From positions 5,639 through 69,638 of the forward strand of contig CAZTZN010000004.1 of NCBI GenBank assembly GCA_964617715.1: a stretch of 64,000 bases of DNA, in the 5' to 3' direction. Below the pieces are notes generated by a model that was given only the letters and a program-made list of their open reading frames with translations, was not told the DNA's origin and made no database searches. Origin of the DNA: an uncultured Armatimonadia bacterium. GTDB taxonomy: Bacteria > Armatimonadota > Zipacnadia > Zipacnadales > UBA5352. Below, in pieces: positions 52,276-61,686 of this stretch (the first letter of the stretch is position 1; each line of letters starts with the position of its first letter). A program made the position numbers and the translations under genes.

Positions 52276-53295
52276 CTACTGCGGGGGCGGCAGCGCAACG
52301 GGGAGATCCGCCTCCCCGAGCTGCGCGAAGCACTCGTTAGTGCGTACGAAGGCCAGCAACAGCCGGTCCAGGTTAGGTTTCTGGCTGTGATAGCAGCGAA
52401 TGGCCGCGTCCTTGGCGTGTTCCTCAGTGGGGCTCAGTGGCAGCTCCAGCCATGTACGGTCGTTCAGCGCCGCCGGCGGCAGGAGGCCCAGCGCGGGTGA
52501 GTAGCCGCGCGGCGTCGGCCAGTGCGGCCAGTGGATCAGGTAACCGTAGACACTCAGCTCGCGGGTCCACGCCGTCCCCTGGGCCAGCAGCCCCGCCACG
52601 GCCGCGACCGTGATCTCTGCGGTGGCCCGATGGTCCGGGTGAATGTCCTCGGGCAGCACGACGAACAGCATGGTCGGGCGCGTGCGTGACAGCAGCGCTT
52701 CCATGTCGGCCCGGAGCTGCTCGCCGCAGTACACCGCGTCGGGTGTGAAGGCCCGTGAGTAGGGACAGGCACAGGCGCCGGTGTACGGTGAGGTATACGG
52801 CCGCTCCGGGGACCAGTGTTCAGGCGTGAGCAGCTCCTGCAGACCATTGTTCGGGTAGCCCAGGAAGTGCACGTGACGCGGGGGCACTCCCAGTGCCGCG
52901 AGCGCCGCCAGAGTCTCCCGTTGGCGGATCTCTCCCAGGCCGCGGTACTGCACGGGCGTGCGCCGCGCCACCTTCCCGGCGAAGATCAGCGACAGTTCCG
53001 AGGCGTCGCCGTTGGTCAGCAGACCCACCTGCAGGTCCGCTCCGGCCACCACGGAGCGCCGGATCAGCCCCGCGCACCCCAGGACCTCATCATCGGGATG
53101 GGGCGCGATCACCAGCACGCGATCATCCGCGGTCGGCGCCGGCAGCTCGCCCGACCACTGCGTGATGCGCAGGAGGTGCTCCCAGGCGAAGTGCCCTGAA
53201 ATATGCAGGATCGCGAGCGTCACGGCGGCGAACACCATCGCCACCACGAGTGCCTCGCGCTTCGTCCCTCTCCCCCTGCTCAGGCGAATCAGCAT
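52276..53295 (-). CDS. PIG-L / LmbE-family N-acetylglucosaminyl deacetylase with an N-terminal TM anchor, 339 aa
   Basis: ATG at 53295; the track ORF extends to 53424. Motifs VLVIAPHPDDEVLGCAG and HPDH. Confidence 0.8.
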   Translation of the reverse strand: MLIRLSRGRGTKREALVVAMVFAAVTLAILHISGHFAWEHLLRITQWSGELPAPTADDRVLVIAPHPDDEVLGCAGLIRRSVVAGADLQVGLLTNGDASELSLIFAGKVARRTPVQYRGLGEIRQRETLAALAALGVPPRHVHFLGYPNNGLQELLTPEHWSPERPYTSPYTGACACPYSRAFTPDAVYCGEQLRADMEALLSRTRPTMLFVVLPEDIHPDHRATAEITVAAVAGLLAQGTAWTRELSVYGYLIHWPHWPTPRGYSPALGLLPPAALNDRTWLELPLSPTEEHAKDAAIRCYHSQKPNLDRLLLAFVRTNECFAQLGEADLPVALPPPQ

Positions 53296-53347
53296 GTCAA
53301 TCACAGGTCTCGTGCGGGAGAGGGGCACTCCTCCCGGCGCCCGGACT

Positions 53348-54619
53348 TCACCGGCGCAGGTCGAAGCACAGCAGGTTCCCGTCGAGGTCACGAACGTAGA
53401 CGCGCCTGTCCGCCAGCGCCACATGCGGCCATGTGTGCGCCGACCCCACGCCCGGGCGCACGGACAGCTCGGTGTACATGTTCGGCGACCGCGCGGCGCT
53501 CTCGCATAGCGTCAGCCGCCGGTTGCCCAGGACGATCAGCCGATCGTCGCCGGTCAGGATCAACGAGGCGTCATCGCTGAATGAGCCGCCCTGCCACAGG
53601 AGCCGTCCGGTCTCCCAGTCGAGGCAGCGCAGCTTCTGCCAGGCGAAGTAGACGCGTCCACCGTGGATGACCGGCGTGCACACCTTCGAGTACTGGCCCT
53701 TCGCCTCCCACACCAGCTCGGCGCCCCCCGGCGTCACCCGCACGCGCGCTGCGCGCTGCTGGCTGTAGCCGCTGGTGAGCAGCACGCTGTCACCGAACGC
53801 CACCGGGCTGGCGATGGAGTTCGCGTAGGCGGTCTCCCACGGGAACTCGGCCATCGTCTCGCCCTCATGGCCGGCGTCCAGCCGCGCCACCAGCAGGCGG
53901 CGCAGCGTCAGCACCGCTACGCACGGCACGCCTTCGACGGTCATCAGCGCCAGGCCCGCGGTGTGGCCCGCCGGGTCGGCGCGCTGCGACGTCCATATCT
54001 GCTCGCCGGTGCGCTTGTCGAAGGCGATCAGACTCCCCGTCGGGGCCCCCACCTCGACGATGAGCCACTCGCCCCTCACCAGCGGCGAAGTGGTGTAGCC
54101 GTAGTCGCGCAGGCCGCCGCTCACCTTCGGGCGCTGGCCTGCGCCGAAGCTGTCGTACAGATTGAGGCCCCAGATGCGCTCCCCCCCTCGCCGCGTGTCC
54201 CAGCAGTTGAGGTCGCCGTCGATGCTCAGCGTGTAGAGCAGGCCGGTCTCGGGGTCGAATTCGGGCGTGGAGGATGGACCGCGGTAGAGGCTCTCGTCGC
54301 CGGCGTGGAAGCGCCCCCACTTCGGGCAGGGATAGTCCCGGCTCCAGAGCAGCTCACCGGTCGCGGCATCGCGGCACTGCACGTGGTCGGCGTCATCGCT
54401 CCAGCCGATGGTGTAGAGACGCCCACCCGCGACGATGGGCGAGCTGCCTCCGGCGCCCACCTGTGCGCTCCATGCCGGGTCGCCGGGCGGCCACGCGCCC
54501 TCTTCCCACCCGGAAGTCTCAGCCGTAATGTCGGTGCGCTCCGGTCCGCGCCAGTGCGGCCAGTCGTCGGCGACGGCCAGCGTCGGGAGCGCTACGAGCA
54601 GCAGAACGATTCGGGTCAT
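53348..54619 (-). CDS. Secreted PQQ-like (BamB-type) beta-propeller repeat protein, 423 aa
   Basis: Signal peptide MTRIVLLLVALPTLAVA. The DDWPHWRGPERTD start is typical of this family. Repeated G.LYT/GELLW-type blades follow. Confidence 0.7.
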   Translation of the reverse strand: MTRIVLLLVALPTLAVADDWPHWRGPERTDITAETSGWEEGAWPPGDPAWSAQVGAGGSSPIVAGGRLYTIGWSDDADHVQCRDAATGELLWSRDYPCPKWGRFHAGDESLYRGPSSTPEFDPETGLLYTLSIDGDLNCWDTRRGGERIWGLNLYDSFGAGQRPKVSGGLRDYGYTTSPLVRGEWLIVEVGAPTGSLIAFDKRTGEQIWTSQRADPAGHTAGLALMTVEGVPCVAVLTLRRLLVARLDAGHEGETMAEFPWETAYANSIASPVAFGDSVLLTSGYSQQRAARVRVTPGGAELVWEAKGQYSKVCTPVIHGGRVYFAWQKLRCLDWETGRLLWQGGSFSDDASLILTGDDRLIVLGNRRLTLCESAARSPNMYTELSVRPGVGSAHTWPHVALADRRVYVRDLDGNLLCFDLRR

Positions 54620-54753
54620 CGCGCGGCTCCCTCATGCCGGGGAACAGTCACAGGCTCGAAACCTGCGCCACCAGGTGATGCCTTGGCTTCGGCGCGCCCA
54701 CCGGTCGTCCACCGTTCGCGGTCTGCCGTTCGCTCAGAGCCGGTAGCCGGCGG

Positions 54754-55791
54754 CTAACCCGTCTTTCCCCCGCGGTGCACCGGCACGCGTATGCCCAGGG
54801 TGTACGAGTCCCAGATCGCGTGCAGGAACTCCGAGGTGCTGATGCTGTCCTCCAGCGGACAGATCAGCGGCTCGTCGCGCAGGATCGCGCCCAGGATGTT
54901 CGCGGTGCGCGTGTGATCGCCGTGGCCGGTATCCGAGCCCGCCTCGATGGGTCGCTCGCCATCGGCGTCGGCGATCACCCCGGTGTACTCGCCCTTCTGG
55001 TTCATCACCGTGTGAATGGTGCCCTTCGTGCCCTGGAGCACCACCACGGTCGGGTTGCGCAGGCCATCAGGCGGCGAAACCCCCGCGACCATGGTACACG
55101 CGCCACCGCCCTCAAAGGTCGCGACGGCGCTGATGCCGTAGCGGCGGCGGTAGGCGAAGACCTCGTCGGCATCGCCCATGAAGTAGCGCGCCAGATCGAA
55201 CACATGCGTTGGCCCCGCAGCTTCGGAGGACGGGATGTAACGCCCTCCCAGGTCCGAGAGCATCCCGTAGCCGGGTGCCTGGCGACGCGCGATCCCCTGC
55301 TCCACCGGCTCCCCGTGCATGGGGTGGTTCCAGGTGAACTGCCCGGCGAAGATCTCGCCGATCGCCCCTTCACTGACGAGCCGCCGGGCCGCGACGTTCA
55401 CCGGGTAGTAGCGCAGTGAGTAGGCCACCGCGACCCTGGGCTCGGGGCAGCGCATGCGCCAGTAACGCAGCAGGCGGCACTCCTCGAGCGTGTAGCCGGT
55501 CGGCTTCTCAGTGACGATGTGCTTGCCCGCCTGCAGCGCAGCGATGATCTGCTCGGCATGCAGGTGGCTGGGGGTGCAGATGTCCACGATGTCGATGTCG
55601 TCGCGCTCGAGCGCGTCCTCGTAGCGCGTCGAGATCGGCGTGTCGGGCGGCAGCTCAAGCTGCTCGCGCGCCTCCTCCGCGAGTGACTCGTCGAGGTCCA
55701 CGAGCATGACCACCTCGGCCTCCGGGTGGCCCTGCCACGCCCGGATGTGTCCGCGCGAGACCTTGCCGCTGCCGATGATCGCGACTTTCAT
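54754..55791 (-). CDS. Gfo/Idh/MocA-family NAD(P)-dependent oxidoreductase, 345 aa
   Basis: ATG at 55791 with GAGGAGGA 8 nt upstream. MKVAIIGSGKVSRGHIRAW Rossmann fold; EKP motif (HIVTEKP). Confidence 0.85.
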   Translation of the reverse strand: MKVAIIGSGKVSRGHIRAWQGHPEAEVVMLVDLDESLAEEAREQLELPPDTPISTRYEDALERDDIDIVDICTPSHLHAEQIIAALQAGKHIVTEKPTGYTLEECRLLRYWRMRCPEPRVAVAYSLRYYPVNVAARRLVSEGAIGEIFAGQFTWNHPMHGEPVEQGIARRQAPGYGMLSDLGGRYIPSSEAAGPTHVFDLARYFMGDADEVFAYRRRYGISAVATFEGGGACTMVAGVSPPDGLRNPTVVVLQGTKGTIHTVMNQKGEYTGVIADADGERPIEAGSDTGHGDHTRTANILGAILRDEPLICPLEDSISTSEFLHAIWDSYTLGIRVPVHRGGKTG

Positions 55792-55810
55792 GGCGACGAT
55801 CCTCCTCGAG

Positions 55811-55855
55811 AAGTCGCAAGTCGCAAGTCGCAAGTCACAAGTCGCAAGTCGTAAG
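55811..55855. repeat. Heptanucleotide tandem repeat, (AAGTCGC) x about 6.4 with two variant units (AAGTCAC, AAGTCGT). It lies immediately upstream of the SD of the Gfo/Idh/MocA gene and downstream of the stop of 55913..57892.
   Basis: Seen directly: aagtcgc aagtcgc aagtcgc aagtcac aagtcgc aagtcgt aag. Confidence 0.9.
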
Positions 55856-55912
55856 CTGACGGTGACGGCATGTGCGGGCCAGGCGCATGGACCGCGATTC
55901 TGCCCGCACTCC

Positions 55913-57892
55913 CTACCCCGGCGGGCCAGCAATCATCCCGATGACGATCCACATGGCCTGGGTCAACGCCCCACCGAGCACCAGCCCCAGAAACAGCGGG
56001 CGCAGGTGCAGGTAGCTGCGCGGGCCCGAGTACTTGGTGATCACGCGCGCGACGATCCAGCCGATCATCACCGAGAACCACTGCGCGGTGATCTGCCACC
56101 CGCACGGGATGAGCATGCCCAGCGGATGCACCGGCCACCACATGAACTGGCGGTACATGAACTGGAGCGCCCACATCAGCCCCGCGCCCAGCAGCATCCA
56201 GTGGAAGCTCAGCGCCGGGTTGGGCTGGTCGATCATGCGCATCGCCCACAGCACTCCGTAGTAGGGCGAGCCCATGCCGCCGGAATGCTGCTGCCAGCGT
56301 GACGTGGTGGACAACATCAGGCTCTCGTTGTACGCCAGGTGCATGAGCGCGATTGAGTTGATGGCGATCAGGGCGGCGCCGGCGACCATGAGCGCGGTAA
56401 TGAAGCGCCGGTCGCCGAACCGCTCGGTGTCGGCGATCTTCAGGCCGTGAATGGCCTGAGGCTGCAGCGCATGGCGCTTGTACCATGAGAACATGGTGTT
56501 GAAGAAGCCGATCAGCGCCATGTTGCGCAGGCCGATCTCGCGTGCGGGCATCACGCCGGTGAGGAACTGGGCGGGCAGATTGTCGATCTGCAGCGCCGGC
56601 AGGCCCGACTGAGCGGTGAGCAGCGCGAAGCCGAAGGTCAGCGCCAGTGTGGCCAGCATGAAGCTCAGTGCCACCCACAGGCTGATGCCCGCTGAGACGC
56701 TCCACCAGCACATCGCCAGCAGCCCCAGCACGAACGCGGCCAGCATCCACCGGTCGGGATGCCGGCGCCGGGCCGGCCCGCGGCGCAGGTCCTCCCACAG
56801 ATCGCGCACCATCTGCCCGATCTCGCCGCGTGAGGCCCAGAACACGAAGCTCAGCAGGCCGAGGTAGGCGCCGCCCTGGATGTCCTTCTGGCTGCCCCAG
56901 CGGCTCCAGCGCAGCGGGCCCAGCGTCGGGTCCCCGAGGAACCGAGACAGCACCATGATCCCGATCATCAGCAGGAAGAAGGCGAAGATGCCCAGCGCGA
57001 TCGCAGACGGCATCAGATAGGCGATGCCGATCAGCGGCAGGTCTACCCACGCTCGCGACCACGATGCCCCGGCGAGGATGTTCCACGGCGCGTTCTCGAA
57101 CAGCACGCTCAGGGTGAAGTTGCGCGGGATCTCGGGGACCGCCGGTATGTAGCGGTGCAGGCCGTTGATGCTCTCCAGCAACGCCACCACGCCGATGCCG
57201 ATGCCCATCAGGCGGGTGCGGCCGGAGGTCTCGGCCATGCCGAAATGCCCGTGACCGGCGACGAACATGGGGATCTCGGCCAGCGGGAAGGGCAGGCGCT
57301 CGTGGTCGATCCAGCGGCGCCGGAAGATGCCGAGCATGGCGATGCCGGTGACCAGGTAGAGCAGCGCCAGCACGCCCCAGCGCATCAACGGCCCCCTCCA
57401 CAGCTCCCAGGGGATGCCGCCGGGGGTGCGCGCGCCCTCGAAGAAGCCGCGGGCGGCGACCTCGTTGGTGATCTGCAGTGTCTCGGCGATCGCCGGGATG
57501 GCCTCATCCTCGAAGCGGTTGGCGGAGGTGGCGAAGTAGCGCAGCGAGGGAATGATCTGCGGGATCTGCAGCACGGTAAAGGTGGTCGCGAAGCCGCCGA
57601 TACTCACCGTGAGCGCATACAGCAGCAGGCCACCGCGCACCAGCCGCTCGGCGCCGCCGAACCAGCGTCGGGCCATGGGCGCGATTATCCAGCACACGAA
57701 GGCGAGCAGCGCCAGCGGGCCCGCGGGCAAGTAGCCTCCGACCGGATCGCCGGCGCGGTACACGTACATGACCCAGGGGACCGCCGCGACGAAGCCGATG
57801 GCCAGCGCGCACACGAACACGACCGCCCCGACGCTCAGTCGGGGCACGTCATCGTGCGTCGCGACATTCCGTGTCTGCTGCGCGCGCGCCAC
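55913..57892 (-). CDS. Polytopic membrane protein, 659 aa. Paralog of 3041..5029. Starts at GTG.
   Basis: Homology blocks as listed for 3041..5029. The gene lies at the head of a minus-strand array: Gfo/Idh/MocA, PQQ-propeller, PIG-L. Confidence 0.7.
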   Translation of the reverse strand: MARAQQTRNVATHDDVPRLSVGAVVFVCALAIGFVAAVPWVMYVYRAGDPVGGYLPAGPLALLAFVCWIIAPMARRWFGGAERLVRGGLLLYALTVSIGGFATTFTVLQIPQIIPSLRYFATSANRFEDEAIPAIAETLQITNEVAARGFFEGARTPGGIPWELWRGPLMRWGVLALLYLVTGIAMLGIFRRRWIDHERLPFPLAEIPMFVAGHGHFGMAETSGRTRLMGIGIGVVALLESINGLHRYIPAVPEIPRNFTLSVLFENAPWNILAGASWSRAWVDLPLIGIAYLMPSAIALGIFAFFLLMIGIMVLSRFLGDPTLGPLRWSRWGSQKDIQGGAYLGLLSFVFWASRGEIGQMVRDLWEDLRRGPARRRHPDRWMLAAFVLGLLAMCWWSVSAGISLWVALSFMLATLALTFGFALLTAQSGLPALQIDNLPAQFLTGVMPAREIGLRNMALIGFFNTMFSWYKRHALQPQAIHGLKIADTERFGDRRFITALMVAGAALIAINSIALMHLAYNESLMLSTTSRWQQHSGGMGSPYYGVLWAMRMIDQPNPALSFHWMLLGAGLMWALQFMYRQFMWWPVHPLGMLIPCGWQITAQWFSVMIGWIVARVITKYSGPRSYLHLRPLFLGLVLGGALTQAMWIVIGMIAGPPG

Positions 57893-57893
57893 T

Positions 57894-58056
57894 GTATCGT
57901 CCCGGCTCGGTCGGAGGATGGCCCGGCGCGGGTTTCGTCCCGAGCGTGTGCCATCCCTCCGCGCGCGCCCGGAGCGATGGCGAAAGGACCGACACAGCGC
58001 GCCACACAGCTCGCCGCCGGCACCGGCGGGATATCCCCTCAGTGCCGGACCACGAG
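57894..58056 (+). promoter_or_regulatory. Split occurrence of the conserved module: GTATCGTCCCGG (57894-57905) and CCGGACCACGAG (58045-58056), separated by a 143-bp structured segment flanked by CCGG
   Basis: The fused form GTATCGTACCGGACCACGAG occurs at 35702-35721. The second half lies 39 nt upstream of the response-regulator ATG. Confidence 0.35.
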
Positions 58057-58094
58057 AGCTTGGGCGTAAGACTCGATCTATTGGAGTGACGACG

Positions 58095-58496
58095 ATGGTG
58101 CAACTTGCCGAGCGGCCACAGGCGACCGAGAGCGCCCCGCCCCTGCTGCTGCTGGTGGACGACGATCCGAATCACCGCGAGATCTATCAGCGCCGACTGC
58201 AGCGCCGTGGCTATCGCGTGCGCGTGGCCGGGAGTGCCGACGCGGCCGTGGCGGCGCTGCGCGAGAGCATGCCGGCCGCGGTGGTGCTTGACATCGTCAT
58301 GCCCGCGCGTGACGGCCTCAGTGCGTTGCAGGAGATGATCGCACTCAGGCCCGATCTGCCCGTCATCATCCACAGCGCCTATCCGGTCTTCCGCGACGAC
58401 TTCACCGCGTGGATAGCCGACGCCTACGTGGAGAAGAGCTGCGACATCGAGCCGCTCTTGAGGGTGCTGGAGCGCACCCTGAGCCCGGCGGCGTAG
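58095..58496 (+). CDS. Single-domain (CheY-like) response regulator, 133 aa
   Basis: ATG at 58095 with GGAGTG upstream. LLLLVDDDPNHRE...AVVLDIVMPARDGL...PVIIHSAYP...YVEKS carries the D-D-D-T/S-K receiver signature. Confidence 0.8.
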   Translation: MVQLAERPQATESAPPLLLLVDDDPNHREIYQRRLQRRGYRVRVAGSADAAVAALRESMPAAVVLDIVMPARDGLSALQEMIALRPDLPVIIHSAYPVFRDDFTAWIADAYVEKSCDIEPLLRVLERTLSPAA

Positions 58497-58514
58497 TCGG
58501 GAGTTGGCGGCTCA

Positions 58515-59147
58515 CTACCGATGGCACGCCGCCCCGCCGCCGCGCCTGGCCAGGTACTGCTGGTGGTAGTCCTCGGCGCGCCAGAAGGTCGGCGCGGACT
58601 CGATGGCCGTCGCCACCGGCCGGCTCAGCTCGCCCGCAGCGTCCAGTGCGGCCTTCGATGCCTCCGCCAGCCGCTTCTGCTCAGGGGTGTGGTAGAAGAT
58701 GACCGACCGGTACTGATAACCGTAGTCCGGGCCCTGGCGGTTGATCTGCGTGGGGTCGTGGATGCGCCAGAATACCCTCAGCAGTTCCTCGTAGCTCACC
58801 CGCGCGGGGTCGTACCGCACCTGCACGACCTCGGCGTGGCCGGTGCGGTCGGTGCACACCTGCCGGTAGGTCGGGTTCTCGACATGTCCACCCGCATATC
58901 CGGCCACCGTCTCGGTCACGCCCTTAACCTGCCGGAACGCCTCCTCGACGCCCCAGAAGCAGCCTGCGCCGAAGGTCGCCGTCGCCATCGCTCCATCACT
59001 CCCCGTCGCCCCGGTGTCCGCCGTCTGCGCACTCGTGGCGGGTGCCACGGCCTCGCCCTCCACCGTGACGCAGCCCCATGCCAGCGCGATGATCACGCCC
59101 GTCGTCACCGTCATCGCGATCCCGGAGAGGACACCACCGGCTCTCAT
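58515..59147 (-). CDS. msrA: Peptide methionine sulfoxide reductase MsrA with an N-terminal signal/anchor, 210 aa
   Basis: Active-site block [15 protein letters not shown] plus [13 protein letters not shown]...HAEVVQV. It is the 3' third of track ORF 58515..60422; the remainder overlaps a real + strand gene and reads as junk. Confidence 0.85.
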   Translation of the reverse strand: MRAGGVLSGIAMTVTTGVIIALAWGCVTVEGEAVAPATSAQTADTGATGSDGAMATATFGAGCFWGVEEAFRQVKGVTETVAGYAGGHVENPTYRQVCTDRTGHAEVVQVRYDPARVSYEELLRVFWRIHDPTQINRQGPDYGYQYRSVIFYHTPEQKRLAEASKAALDAAGELSRPVATAIESAPTFWRAEDYHQQYLARRGGGAACHR

Positions 59148-59468
59148 CTGCTCGAACACCCCGGGCACCTCCGTGACCTGCGACCATGGCGAATGCTCCG
59201 CTGATGTGACTCCTCGCCCGGCGTTTGCCGTCCCCGGGCGGTAGCCAGATGCGTCCCCCTGCGAAATGATAGACGTGAGCGCGCCCCGCGGCGTTCGTGC
59301 GCGGTGGGCGAGCACGAACACTTCGGCGCCCGGGCTGCGCTGTATCGCGCCGCCAGGGCGGGGAGTCGCCGCGACGGGCGCGCAGGGCCACGAGGTGACG
59401 CGCGCCGTCGGAGCGAAATGAGCAATGATGGCTTTCGCGCGAGAATACCGTTGCGCACGGAGGACGCC

Positions 59469-60503
59469 ATGAGGAGCCTGAGCCACGTCGCGTTCGTGCT
59501 GTTGTTCCTCGGTGCCACCGCCGCCGCCCCGGCCGCCCCCACCCGCATCCAGAGCCGGCTGATGAACCTTCAGCCCAATGGACTGGCGGTCTCGCCCGGC
59601 GGCCATCAGCTCGCGGTCATCAACTTCAACGGGCTGCGCCTGCACGCCATCGACGGTGACGGGCATATCGGAGGCACCGTCGCCACCGTCAATCTCCGCA
59701 ACCTCAGCCACGTCGCCTTCAACGGCAGCGGCAGCAAGATCATCTGCACCGACAACAGCAACCACATCTATCTTATCCGGCGCGACACCTGGGAGGTCAC
59801 GACGCTCGAGCGACCCCGGGGGAACGACGCCAAGGGCCTGGCTATGTCCACCCCGCGCCGCGAGGCCTACGTCATTGACAGCAACGGCTGGCTGACCGTC
59901 GTGGACCTGCCGACCGCCGCTGTCGTGGACGAGTACAGGCCGGAGATGGGCACCGAATGGCACGGGCGCGACGTGTGCGCCTTCGCCAATGGCGCGCGGC
60001 TGGGCATCGCCATGAGCCGCCTTGGCTCCGGCGCCCCAGGCGTGGTGCTGGCCCTGATTAACACCCCCGGGGACCGCCATGCGGACCTGGAACGCATCCT
60101 GGCGTGCACGGCTCCGGTCGCCTGCTGCGTGGGGCCCGACGAGGATTACGTCACGGCCATTGAGAGCGATCTGAGCGTGCTGCAGATGATGAACGTCTAC
60201 GATGGGACCCGGGCGACCGTTGAGTTCAGTGACCTGACCATGCCGGTGGACGTGGCGGCGTCGGCGGGGTTCGTGTGGACGGTCATCGCGGACTACGCCG
60301 AGCAGAAGCTGAAGGCTGTCATCGGCGACGACCTGCGCGCCTGGCTGATGCCGGGGCCACGGCCCATCGTCATGGACTACGACGTGCCGCTCAGCGGCCG
60401 CCCGCAGGGCGTGGTCACTCACCCCGAGAAGCAGATCGCCTACGTGTGGTCGTGGGAGGACCGCCGCATCGATGTGGTGCGCCTTGGGCGGCCGCCCGAG
60501 TGA
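59469..60503 (+). CDS. Secreted beta-propeller-like hypothetical protein (YVTN/lactonase-like repeats), 344 aa
   Basis: ATG at 59469 with GGAGG at 59458-62. Signal peptide [24 protein letters not shown]. Repeated blocks of about 40 residues with hydrophobic strands. Confidence 0.55.
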   Translation: MRSLSHVAFVLLFLGATAAAPAAPTRIQSRLMNLQPNGLAVSPGGHQLAVINFNGLRLHAIDGDGHIGGTVATVNLRNLSHVAFNGSGSKIICTDNSNHIYLIRRDTWEVTTLERPRGNDAKGLAMSTPRREAYVIDSNGWLTVVDLPTAAVVDEYRPEMGTEWHGRDVCAFANGARLGIAMSRLGSGAPGVVLALINTPGDRHADLERILACTAPVACCVGPDEDYVTAIESDLSVLQMMNVYDGTRATVEFSDLTMPVDVAASAGFVWTVIADYAEQKLKAVIGDDLRAWLMPGPRPIVMDYDVPLSGRPQGVVTHPEKQIAYVWSWEDRRIDVVRLGRPPE

Positions 60504-60554
60504 GCCGCTCCCCGCGCACGCGGGCGGCCGCCCGCACTCAGCCCGGTCCGCGCG

Positions 60555-61577
60555 CTACCCGATGATCACCATCTCGCGGCTGGAGATCGACTCCGCCTCG
60601 GCCTTGACGATGCGCACAGATTCGCGCGCCGACTGCGGCGTTACTCGCTCAGGCGGCTGCCCCGATTCAATGCACTCGACGAAGTAGGCCAGCTCGTTCT
60701 CGTAGCCGGTCCCGGCCTCATACTCGGGCGTCATCGGCTCGCCGTCGGCGGGGTAGAACTGCAGCGCGGGGTCTCTTGCGAGGCTGAACACCAGCAGCCC
60801 CTTCGTGCCCAGCACCTGGAAGCCCATCTCGAAGGGGAAGCCGTCGGGCATCACCCAGCCGCCCTGCGCGGTGCACACCATGTCGCCGTAGAGGTAGCTG
60901 GTCTCCACGTGATCGACCGGCGCGCCCTCGCTCACCATGTTCATGCCGCGCGCGAAGACCGCGTTTGGTGTTCCGAAAACCGAGAGGATGAAGTCCACGT
61001 CGTGGATGTGCAGGTCCAGCAGCGCGCCGCCCGACTGCTCCGGGTCCAGCAGCCAGCCCTCTGACGCCCACGTCGGGGTCGGCGACTGCCGGACGAAGCG
61101 CGCCCATCTGACCTCGCCCAGGTCGCCGTCCGCGACCATGCGCGCGAGCACCTCGTACTCCGGCCAGAAGCGGATGCATTGCGCGATGAGCAGCAACTTG
61201 CCCGTCTGCTCCGCGGCCTTGATCATGGCGTCGCACTGCGCCAGCGTGCGCGCCATCGGCTTCTCGCACACCACGTGGCAACCCGCCTCGAGCGCCCTGA
61301 CCGTCATCTCAGCGTGCAGCGGCGTGGGCGTGCACACGTCCACCACGTCGAGGCCGCCCGCCTCGAGCATCTCGTCGAAGCTCACGTAGCGCGCTTGCGC
61401 GCTCAGGTCCAGCTCCGTGGCCTCGCCCAGGTTCCCGCCCACGCTCGCGGCCCGCTCGGCCACGCGCTCGGGGATCCTGTCACACACCGCGACCACCTGT
61501 GCGCCCTCCAGCGCATCGTAGATCGCGAAATGCTGCTGGCCCATGAACCCCAGCCCGACCAGTCCCACGCGAACCAT
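60555..61577 (-). CDS. Gfo/Idh/MocA-family oxidoreductase, 340 aa
   Basis: ATG at 61577 with GAGAGGGG upstream. MVRVGLVGLGFMGQQH Rossmann fold; EKP (HVVCEKP). Confidence 0.85.
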   Translation of the reverse strand: MVRVGLVGLGFMGQQHFAIYDALEGAQVVAVCDRIPERVAERAASVGGNLGEATELDLSAQARYVSFDEMLEAGGLDVVDVCTPTPLHAEMTVRALEAGCHVVCEKPMARTLAQCDAMIKAAEQTGKLLLIAQCIRFWPEYEVLARMVADGDLGEVRWARFVRQSPTPTWASEGWLLDPEQSGGALLDLHIHDVDFILSVFGTPNAVFARGMNMVSEGAPVDHVETSYLYGDMVCTAQGGWVMPDGFPFEMGFQVLGTKGLLVFSLARDPALQFYPADGEPMTPEYEAGTGYENELAYFVECIESGQPPERVTPQSARESVRIVKAEAESISSREMVIIG

Positions 61578-61686
61578 CACTGTCGCCCCTCTCGACGGTC
61601 GACTCATGCCGCAGCCGACCGGTTCCTGATGAGTGCCTGTGTCCTTATCCTTCCGCGCGCGGCGGCCGGCTCCTGCCCCCGGCTGC

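Noticed and set aside
58515-60422. 635-aa minus-strand ORF taken as a single gene
   Set aside because: Only the last 210 codons (MsrA with a signal anchor; ATG at 59147) are protein-like. The upstream 425 codons overlap the + strand secreted propeller gene 59469..60503 and read as antisense junk.
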